A program made the translations under genes and the position numbers. The notes beneath the pieces were generated by a model. The model made no database searches, was not told the origin of the DNA, and saw only the letters and a list, made by a program, of their open reading frames with translations. Shown in pieces: positions 53,593 to 64,000 of a stretch of 64,000 nucleotides of DNA (the first letter of the stretch is position 1; each line of letters begins with the position of its first letter). Source of the stretch: Podarcis liolepis (taxonomy: Eukaryota); assembly GCA_965112155.1 (NCBI GenBank), contig OZ218098.1, one strand, 5' to 3'.

Positions 53593-56402
53593 CTCTGCAA
53601 CTTGCACTCATGATTTGCGGTTGGCTGGCAACAGGCAGTAGGAAGTATGGTGTAAGCTCCAGGGCATCCTGGCTCTTGGGCAGAACCTCAGAAATACGCA
53701 CCAGCTGTAACAACCCAAATTGACATGCCACAGCCCATAAATGAAATGGTGTAGTCTCCACATTTAAGCCTGTAATTAATTTATCAATAACTCTGTTTGC
53801 TATCTATCCATGGACCAGTTCCAAGTAGCAAGATGCCATGGCAAAGATGGCAAGAAGCAGCATTCATTGGTTGATTCATATGGTTGATTCACCAAAATAG
53901 TGATTCAGAAATGTGATGGGGCTTAACTTCAAGCATTTTCAAACATAAACTTCATTAAATTCCAAAACTCAAAGCAACTTGGCAGACAATTCACTTGAGA
54001 GGTGCCTGCAGATGTCAAAAACCAACCACAGCAGACATCAATCAATTTGCGAAGAATTCTCTAGCTCAGATGTCTGCGTTGTTAGTGAAAGTACATACAT
54101 GTGTTTGTGTATTAAATCTGTTTAATAAATTCATGTTGTGTATTTAACATTTTGTATTTAATTAAATATATTAAGTTTATATTTAAATAGATATATTTAA
54201 TTAAATTCATTAATAGTGCATATTAAGATAATATTAACTATATTGTGAACACTTTAATTTATGATATGGAAATTTAATTCACTGTGTGGCCCGCAGGTTG
54301 TGTGTCACTCTTGCAGCCCATTTGGTCTAAGAGGTTAGACCACCCTGATCTAGCCTAAAATAGTCTTTATAAAAAAAGAAGACAAAAGCAACCCCCACTA
54401 AAAATGCCTCAGACTACCTGGACACAGAGGTGGGAAGTGTGTCCCTTGTAATCCATGATGTCACTGGTGCTGATAGGTACCTATGACAGTTGCACAACAA
54501 CCTTAAAACACAGTAGCTCTGCTGATTGTAATGGAGTTGCTAGCTAGGAGGTGACTCATATTTCACCATAACCTCCAACAGTGGTTTGAGAGAGCGTCAT
54601 TAACATGTGACCCCAAAATTCCGGATCCCCTCAAACTGATGCCAAAGTTTTGTGCCGTTTTGTGCTGCGAACCCTGCGTTTTGTGCTGCCACCCCCAAAC
54701 AAGTAATTGACAAAGCAAATTGGGGTCACAAGTTGATGCCAAAAATCCCAACCTTGTCCAATCGACTCCAAACCAGTACCAAAACCTGGGGGCCACAAGG
54801 ACACCCCAAAACCCAACCACGTCCTATAGACTCTAAACTGGTACCAAAGTGGTGTGCCGCAAACCCCGCTTTCTGTGCAGCCCCCCAAACTGAACAACTG
54901 ACACTCAAGACAGGAGTGTTCCTAACAAACAAGCTATTTCCGCTCTGATACTAATCCATTTCTTTAAGATACAGGTGATCCTGCTAAACCAGGAATTCCA
55001 GAAGGGAGCCACAAGGACCAAACTCAGCCTCTCCAAATGCTCTTGAACTCCAACCTCAATCATCCTTGATTCTGGGTGGATGGATCTTTCAGTTTCTCCT
55101 TTTTCCAATCTTAAATTTGGTTTTGCACATTTCTGCAGCAATCTTCAATTTTAACTTTTGAAAATCCTCATAAAAATTCAGGATTTTTAAATTTCTCTCA
55201 AGGAACACATTTTTGTATGCAGTTTCTCCCAGTACAATGCATTTCTGCATGTTATTTTCCCTAATATATTCTTTTTCATGCACACTTTTTATCTAATATA
55301 TGCATTTTTGTAAACAGTGTTCGGTGGGAGAAGTGAATCACTCAATTCTGATATGAGCAAATTTCAAAGAGTGGTTGTTTTTTGGTTCTGATATTGTTTC
55401 AGAAAGTGTAAAATTGATAAATTTGGCTTTAAATGAGAACTAAATCCAATTTCTTCCCATTCCTAACCTTGACCCATAGGCCATGCTGGCTGGGGCTGTT
55501 GGAGTCGAACATCATATAGAAGCCCACAGGTTAGCCACTCTTTCTCTACACATTTTTGTGGACCATAGTAAGCACCCTCTACAGAGACCAATGTCTCTTC
55601 ATGTCCTAAATTATTGTTCTCTTTATTGCTATGGATAATGACTCTGGAACACCCATAAAGTATGCCCAGACATCGTCAAAGCTGAAGGAAGTTGGACAGC
55701 TAAAAACTGCCAGAAAGATGTTTGCTTGGAAGGTGACCTGGTGTGGCCTCTTCTTGAATGTCTTCAGCTTTCCCGTTTAAAGAACTAGATCTGTGAATGA
55801 AGATGCATCACATCTCTCAGGCAGCCCCCACCACAAGGCTGTAGGCCCCAGAGCCAGAGAAATCTTTACCATACTGCATTCTTTCGTCTTGAGGAACACA
55901 AGTATCTGATCCATGGCTGATCAGAAAAGAACATGGAAACGAACGTCACTGTTCCCAACCTTTATTAAACAGCCCATTGCCCTTTGCTAACCTCCGTCCT
56001 AATGGATCCCATAATTTTCAGTTCTCACTATACTGGTAAGCAAGTAGACTTAGAGGACATGTTTCTGCCTGAGTCTTCTTCACCATAGTGGAGTCGATTG
56101 GTGACTTGTGAGAGTGAAGCTATTCCTTTCGGCATGGGACTGTTTTTTTCTCTGCCTGAGGGGTGGCATTCACTACTGCATTGCCCCCCTCTTCCTTCTG
56201 CCCATCCCTCCTAGTTGTCATGACATGTTTCTTGGCAGCCAGCCTCTCCCCACTCAGCAGCTGCCTAGCTCCACCCAGGGTCCATTTTGCACCTACTTCT
56301 TCTTATCAGTGTCTTCAGTGTGTTTGTATCAGGCACACGTGGCAACAAGTTCCTCCCGACTTGCCACCAATATATGGGATTTAATTCATGTGCATCATGC
56401 TG

Positions 56403-58247
56403 CTAGAACTCAGGGATATGGGATTCATCATCATCCTCAGTCTGGAACTCATCATGAGACTCGCTGTCTGTGTCTTCTGCAGGGGACATATTTCCTGCTC
56501 TGTAGCCTTTATTCCTTTGGTTGGGGAACGCATGCCTGATGGTGCGCACCTCATAGATGGGTTCAGAATCGGAGTCATCATGGTAACCGAACTGAGGTGC
56601 GGACCTGTATCTGTTGGGCTCACCATGATGCCCTCCAGCTTCTCTAATGGATGCTCTCTCAGTGGGCACACCTGCAAGAAAGGGCGAGACAGGTTAGACC
56701 AGAGGTTTCCAACACTTTTGAGTCCACAGCTCTCTTAACCAACTACACTGAGTGTTCCCCAGCCTCCTCTCCTCTCCTGTCCTCTGGGCAGCTGCTGCTG
56801 CTGTCCCTGGTCTCTGAGCTGCCCCCCCCCCCACCCAAAAGAGAGGTGCCTCCCAGAGGCACCATTTGCCTGCGGAGCCAATACCGAGAGCCACTGGCAG
56901 ACTAAGGGGAGAGGGGACGGTCCGCTCTGGGTGCCATCCAGGGGGTGACATCGCAGCCGGTGCCCCCCGGGGTGCTCACCACTTGCCACGCACCCCTGGG
57001 ACGCACACCACTCACCACGCACACCCCGGGACGTGCACCCCATGCCATCCACCCCCCCGATGAGCGCTATGTCCCCCACGGGCGGCACGCCACACCCCCT
57101 GGGACACGCGTCACACCCCCTGGGATGCACACCAGCCACGCCCCCAGATGTACACCGCTCCCGGTGCCAGAGCAGGTAGCTTCGCCACTGCCCAGGGCTG
57201 CTGCAATAAACAGCTGTGGAAGCCTTTGGCAGGCAGAGATGCGAGAGAGTATCGGAGGAGGAAGGGAAGGAAAGAGGGACAGAGGCCAGTGTTGCCTGCG
57301 GCACCCCTGACCATCATCCAAGACACCCCAGAGTGCCACAGCACACTGTTTGAAAACCACTGGGTTAGATATATCAGTGCCAAACAAGGTCAGTAGGATC
57401 GGACATCACATCCATGAAACTGCAAGACTATCTTGTCTGTGTCTCTCTGCATAGCTTAAATCTGCTTTCCATAACATGGTGGCTATGAGCACTGGGGCAC
57501 CCACAGATACATCTGCCCCACACGGCACCTGAGGCTTTCTTAAAAAGTCCCATTCTCTACTTCAGAACCTTACCATTAACAAGAACAGATTTAAGCTCTC
57601 CATCCTCTTCAACTTCTACTCGCTCCTGTCCATCCTCAACAATCCTGGGAAGGAGAGAAATGCTGAATAAGTTACTCTGCCAGCAGAGGAGAAAGCCAAA
57701 CTCTTTCTGGGTTAATCAAATCCAGTTGGCCTCCCAAACCAGGGATGAGAAATGGGTACCCTCCAGATGATGCTGAACTGCAACTCCCACCACCAGCAAC
57801 AACTATTGGCCATGTTGGCTGGGGCTGATGAGGCTGGAGTCTAACAACATCTGGAGGGCCACTGATTCTGCATCCCTGCCCTATAAGCTGACAACTGGTT
57901 GTAGGAAGAAGTGAACCTTGGTGGGAGAGTCAGCTCCTTTCACATCTAAGAAAGTTTTGTGTGACTAAAAACCTGGCTACATATGTGATGTTACTTTTCC
58001 CAGATGTGGCCTAGAAGTAAAATGTCAATACTGTAAATCAAGTTATCATTTATAAGTGTAATTTATAAGTTTATACTATATTTGATGTACCTTTTTAATT
58101 ATTATTCTTTTATATTAAAATTAATTTCAATGTATGCAACACAGCTCTAAAATAAAAAGATTTTAATGTATGGCTAAATGGGTTGTACAAGAATTATGCA
58201 TTTAAATGAAACAGGTACATTGCTTTTTTGTGCGTTTGTATGTCACA

Positions 58248-58281
<34 letters not shown>

Positions 58282-61200
58282 ATAAACATCCTGTCTTCAA
58301 GAACAGAAATCAAATCTGAACCTGGGTAGTTAACTAATATTCATATCATTACCTCTCAGAAGTTGTTAAATATATCTCTCACTCCAAAAACAAGCAGTTG
58401 CATAGTATTTTTTTAAAAACAACAACAACGCACATAATTAAAATGGTAATGATGGTCAAAAGCAAGAATTACAACAGTGAAATGTCAGGTTTTAATTCTG
58501 CACTCTCCTAATTCACAGGCTGGGTTTATACCGCCCATAAGTCTGTAATGAGTGCTGGCTCCGGGTTCTGGTGACCCCTTGGGCAAGGGGCCCTCAGTGA
58601 GCCCCTCTCCTCACCAAGGCACTGTTGCCCACTTACTTCTCCTCTCTGGGCCCACCCTGATCATTTGTCCACAGCAGAGTTTCCAAAACTTGGCTCTCCA
58701 GTTGTTTTTTTAACTACAACTCCCATCATCTCTAGCTAGCAGGAATAGTGGTGGGAATTGTAGTCTAAAAACAGTTGCAGACCCAAGTATGGGAAACAGT
58801 GGTCAAGAGGAAGCTGCTGTTCCATCTCCTTGCTCCTGTCACAGCATACTTGTAGAGGGGCTAGTGTGAACAGGCTGCAATAGCAAGGAAGAGGAGCAGG
58901 CCTCAGTGGCTCCAGAGACTGGGCAATGGGCCCCCAGAAGGGATGTGGGCCTTGGCGGTAGCCCAATGACACCTGCCCTTGCTATGGCTTGCCCCTTCTC
59001 CTCCTCCTGCCACAACCCACAATAGATCTTCTTGTTCCCTCCCCTGAGTGCCAATGCTTGCCAGATTTTAATTTGTCCTATTCAAGTACCTTCAAGAACA
59101 GACTGACACATGGATACATGTCAAGTTGCTGTTCAAGGCACAGGAACAGTTCTAGCGAGGAAACTGGTCACCCTAAGGAAACCATGTGACTTAGTGAGTG
59201 AAAGCTACAATGGTTCAGTCTTGGCTGTCCACTAGTCCACCCTCACCTTTTGGTTGTGATCTGTTTGCCGTTGACGAAATTAGTTGATGAAGAGTAGAAG
59301 CAGAACCCATTTCCTCCACCAGCACATGCACCAAATGGCAGTGTGTCTCCTGAAAATCAAGATGGCAACATCAGGCCTCAAGCACTTGAAATGAAAGCCA
59401 AGAGATACACAGGTAGGAACACAGTAGATACTTCAGTGGACCTTCAGCTCTCCTGGGCCTGGCTTTTGGAGTAGTTTTCCCATCGGGCAGTTTGAGACAG
59501 CTTAGGAAACATCCAGGAGAGGAAGAGCCACAGAAAGGGTGAACCTTCCATCCTGGTAACTGCTGCATAGGGGCAAGACCCACTGGTGTTGCTGAGGCCA
59601 CTAGGCCAAGTGTATGTTCATTTCCTTGAATAAAGAGTCAACTTCACTGAAAACAGACATCTGATTATTTTAGTGGTGACCTGCCTCTGTCTCCAGCCTT
59701 GACAGCTGGCTACTTGGAGTGAGATTTTTATTTTGCCTGGTTCTACCATGTGTGTCTTGGCTTTCTTTCTTGACTCACCTGAAACTATTTCTCCAGAAAC
59801 ACCTCTTATATAGCACCCTTTCTTTCCTTGTGGCAGGTTGTAGGCCAGAGAGATTATGTGAGTTGACAGGCAGAGAGTTAGACCAATTGACTTTTAGGTA
59901 CCTTCCAGTCCTCTGAGAGGAATCACCACTTACCAAAGAAAGGGTCCCGTCCTCCAAAGAAGTCCCTGAAGACATCATGGGCACTGCGGAAGTGGAACAT
60001 ATAATCAGGGCTCATGTTGGTCCTAGATGATGCCCCAGGTCTACCTGAAAAAGTTAAAAGGAAAGATATGTCAAAGCCAGGTATTCTGGATATTTGATGA
60101 GGTGATGGGGTGTGGGACACAGGGCCTGGAAGTTGTCAAAATAGAAATTCCTTTCCCCGTAGCTAGATGCCCTGGAACCAGAATGCAAAATCCAAGAAGG
60201 ATGAAGATTGTTATAGGGCATTGCTGTATACAACCCCCTTTGAACCTCAGCAGATGAACTCACCATGAGCAAGTATAGTCAGGACAGTTTAATGTTGGGG
60301 TGGTGAACTTGTGTCCCTTCAGATGTTGCTGAACTACAACTCCCATAATCCCTGACCATATTTACTAGGGGTGATGGTAACTGGAGTCTAACCAAGGGCT
60401 ACAGGTTACCCACCCCTGATTTATAGAAACACAAAGTAAGGGTGCAATCCAACCAATGCTAGTTTCAATGGGAGAGAATGAATCACATGCTTTGTTCTCC
60501 TACTGAAACCAATTGGATTTCAGAATTGTGCCCCAGGTATGTAAGCACTGGGCTTCTGAATAGACCCAACGTTCTGGGTGGAACCAGAGACAAACATATT
60601 GAAAGCTGAATCTAGTACTACACTGTACAGATTTGCTCATGGTCATCTAAATTCCAATTCAGAAACTAAAGGAGCAGAACTTCCACTGACATTATTTGAC
60701 ATTTGTCCCCAGTACTAAAACAGCAAATGTTTGGGTAAAAATGCCTTATCCATTCTTTACACATTGTACATTCTGGATATCACTCTGTTAATCCTGGGGC
60801 CAAATATAAGTGGTAGCTTTTAATTGCCCTGTGACTGACCAATGTCCACCCCAAATGAGACTGGGTAGAGATCTTTCACCCTCACCCTGCAGCAAGTTCT
60901 CACCACACTGATAGCTTAATTTTCTCTTTACAAGAATACCAGATGTAATCAACATGTTGAGTGAAGTTGTGTGACCATTTCCTTCATTTTTTTCTTCCTT
61001 AACCCAAAGCAATCTGGGACGAACAGCACTTGGAGTGAGAGAGGCTACTTTGCCCTTTCCTCTTCTGTTATTTACCAGCTCAAAATCACACACACACATA
61101 ATACAGACTTCTTTTTGCCATGAGGAAAAAGGCACAAGAACCTTACAGTAATCTCTCCTCAGACACAATCTATCCCAGGTTGCTTTAAAGTGGGTAAATA

Positions 61201-63353
61201 AATTTATACCATTTTTATCCCACTCTTCCTCCCAAAGGTGCCCTGGGCAGCAAACAACAAAACATTAAAAACAATAGTGTTTTTTTTAAAAAATATAAAA
61301 CCAAAACATTCCCACAGCTAACTTTCACAGTTACCAACACACAATATCTTTTACAAAGGAAAGAACCGTGGAACTAGGTTAAATGTGTTGCTTGAGTCAT
61401 CTTATCTTCTGTGACAGAGAAGATTTTTCCTGGACTGTCTCTCACTTACCTCTTCCCAGTAGCCCATCCTTACCCCAGCGGTCATAGATGTCACGTTTGT
61501 TCTCTGAAAGGGAGAAAGAGTAAGAAGTCAACCAACCCACCATCCGATCTCAGAGACAGTGGTTTCTAACAGCAGTCTGGCATGCCATGCTGGAGCTTGA
61601 ATAACAGGTGCCTCACCTGGAAGTGGAAACCACTGTAGGCGCATCTAGGCTGTCAGCATTTCACAGGAGGGATTCAAGCACATACGAGAACTTTAGATTT
61701 GTGTGATTAAAAAAGATGAAAGGGCTCCATCACTCTACCAGCACAACAAATCCACTTGAGAAAAACCCGGACTTTTTGCAGTTAGGAAAGTGATGTGGAA
61801 TTGCATTGAAAAGCATGAGATGAACTAAGGATGAATGGACAGGTGTATCAAATGATGAATGGGCAGAATTGTCATATAACTGTCCCATAAACAAATTGGA
61901 ACAAATGCTCAATAAAGACCAGACATAGTCTAACCACTGTGTAGGCTTTGTGCAAGCAAATCTGGATGGATGCTCAATAAATAGTCCATTTGGAGGAGCC
62001 CTGCTTCTGCCAGTGTTCTTCCCACGATAGCATATAGTTTGAAACTTGAAAATGCATCTTTGCCACAAAATAGCCAGGAGAGATTAACCATGGCAAAATA
62101 GATTATGCCACTAGGTAATGGTATACTGAACAAGGTCGTCAGGCTATAGAGCATGTGATAACCAACCACCACCTAAGCCCAGAGGATTTTAGCATCAACT
62201 GAGGATATTCAATGCAGCAATCAGGTCCTTGGTGAATTATTGTCACTTTAAGGTACAGGTGGAAAATACCAGCTTCCTTGAAATGAACAAGAGATACTAT
62301 CAGAGTCAGATTAAATGGTGGAATTAGTTAAATTCAACCTTTTACTGCAGAGAAGACATTTTCAGCCAGCAGCGTGTCAAGTCTCTAAGAGAGACCAATA
62401 AAGAAGGGGGGGCACACTGCTCACATACAATTTCTGAAAGCTCTGAAGGCCACTTCACGCACACACCCTTCAAAGGTAAGGGGGAAACAATGGCCACCAC
62501 AGCATGGGGGCAGCCCAATGCATGAAATCACACTAAGTCTTTTAGGGGGGCGTGCCTGTGCATGTATAAGGTAGCATTAAGGACCTACATGAATGTGCCA
62601 AGGATAATGAGTGAGGAAAGGCCTATAGTTAATGGGGTCTGCCTGTCTGTGTTAGCATTTTGCATGTAACAGGTGCCAGAATATACTGCAAACCTTTGAT
62701 ACAGTTTGCACATCTTTTGAGCCTTTTTGTGTCCTTTTCTTCCAGGTCTCTCCTTTAAATGATGCACTGAGGGCTTATCTACACTTACCTTTCTTCCGCT
62801 CTTTCCAGGCACGGCCCATGCATTAAAGCTTCGTGTCTGAGCACCCTCCTTTTTTTTCTTTTTTTTTTTGCTCTGAATCCACTCTTTAAAGCTCAAACGG
62901 AGCAAATTGCAATCTGCTTAAAACCCAAATTGATGTTTGCTCCAACTGAGTGCTAAAGAGCAGGATTTTGTGAGGAAAGCTCTGGGGTGGGGAAGCCCCC
63001 ACAAACTGCTACACTTAGTCCCCAGTAGGTGCAGAAGTGTCAAGTGGTTTTGCTTTCCCATTTTGGCATCCAAGTCATCAAATGAATTTGCTTGGATTTC
63101 TTGTTTTAAGCAAAATCCCAATCTTTGTTCTACCACATACTTGCATAGGAAACATGCAACTGGTAAAGCTCTGATCAGGAGGAGGAGAAGTACTGCACAA
63201 GAGGCAGTGATGAGAGAGGGTTGGTAAGAGGTTGAATACTTACTGTCTGAAAGTACTTGATAGGCTTCTGAAATCTCCTTGAATCTCTGTTCTGCAAATT
63301 GCTTGTTTTCTGTGTTTTTATCTGGGTGCCACTTTAGAGCTTTCTTCCTGTAT
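56403..63353 (-). CDS. DNAJB2-like tandem paralog C (first coding exon beyond window end)
   Basis: Exons 63353-63244 ([36 protein letters not shown]), 61503-61450 ([18 protein letters not shown]), 60044-59934 ([23 protein letters not shown]), 59349-59247 ([16 protein letters not shown]), 57644-57574 ([23 protein letters not shown]) and 56671-56403 (GVPTERAS...[10 protein letters not shown]). In frame if exon 6 is skipped. AATAAA at 55966-55961. Confidence 0.82.
56700..57362. mobile_element. Non-autonomous hAT element with internal GC-rich minisatellite
   Basis: TIR-like ends CAGAGGTTTCCAAC / TTTGAAAACCACTG, 8-bp TSD GGTTAGAC/GGTTAGAT, CACCCCC(T)GGG repeats at ~56940-57150. Related copy at ~16682-17105. 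Confidence 0.75.
58252..58280. repeat. (CA)n microsatellite
   Basis: Direct reading. Confidence 0.9.
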
Positions 63354-64000
63354 CTTTATTGTCCCCCAGAAAACACAATGGATGATAAAAGTCAGTATCC
63401 CTGTGACCATTTCTACAACTACAGATTTGTGTATGGTTAGCCATATTTTTCCTGGCACCAGGGCAAGGAATGGCGCAGGCTCCTGTCCCTAGTCTCCATT
63501 TCTTCCAGAAGCAGAAAAGACTTCGACTTTCCCTCAGCAAGCTTCTCATTACTTCATGGCATGCTCTATGGCCATCCAAACCATACCGGTCTGTCTCAGC
63601 TTATGTGAGGGAGTCTTCTATGAAACTCCCATATAGATGGCACCAGACACCAGGGCAAATTGCCCACATGACATCACAATCTTCTCAGAATTGTTGTGGG
63701 GAAAGAGACATCTTTTCGCATCTATGCTAAGACTTCCTACAGGTATTCAAATTCTGATGTGTCAAGAAATGACCAAAAAAGTCAGCTATCCCATTCCAAC
63801 GTCACCACAGATTCTGTGGGACGATCAGCTGAAAGAGTTCAACTCTCAGGAACTGTTGACACGGATCTTGGTGGCTGCCAGAACTTAATTGCCCCCAAAT
63901 GAAAAACCTTAAGGGTCTTGTGTTAGCTGGGGGGGGGGACCCTCATAAATTACATGTTGGCAAATGCTTGGAGGATCCTGAAAAAATTATATGCTGTTTG

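Noticed and set aside
55870-55916. Small AG/GT-bounded minus-strand segment with an ATG (MDQILVFLKTKECSM)
   Set aside because: It lies past the poly(A) signal of paralog C, has no family homology, and cannot be supported without transcripts
31462-63353. Assembly artefact (false duplication of DNAJB2)
   Set aside because: The copies are highly diverged in both exons and introns and carry distinct TE insertions

Overview
Vertebrate genomic DNA, most likely a lacertid lizard: it carries a Sauria SINE, Squam-type SINEs, BovB, CR1 and squamate hAT/mariner MITEs. The + strand holds the last four coding exons and 3'UTR of PTPRN (IA-2). Convergent on the - strand is a complete DNAJB2 (HSJ1) gene with both the 'a' isoform (ending ...AGVF) and the CaaX-prenylated 'b' isoform (ending ...CSLL). 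Upstream of it is a head-to-tail tandem array of at least three more intron-containing DNAJB2 paralogs, here called A (31.5-39.2 kb), B (44.1-51.8 kb) and C (56.4->63.4 kb, 5' end outside the window). All keep GT-AG splice sites, exon phases and the J-domain HPD motif, but their C-termini differ. A has degenerate UIMs, keeps a CaaX box and has lost the isoform-a donor. C has no UIMs or CaaX and an acidic tail. B has lost the G/F region and CTD and instead fuses the J-domain to a novel ~545-aa acidic/basic repetitive tail with a Cys cluster. DNAJB2, A and B share a CRE-like promoter element; DNAJB2 and A also share an equally spaced CCAAT box. Also present: an RPL18A processed pseudogene with TSDs in DNAJB2 intron 1, a Penelope-type minimal hammerhead ribozyme, a palindromic bidirectional poly(A) signal between PTPRN and DNAJB2, and many TE fragments. 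Exon models were read by eye from splice sites and translation; expression and novelty are untested.
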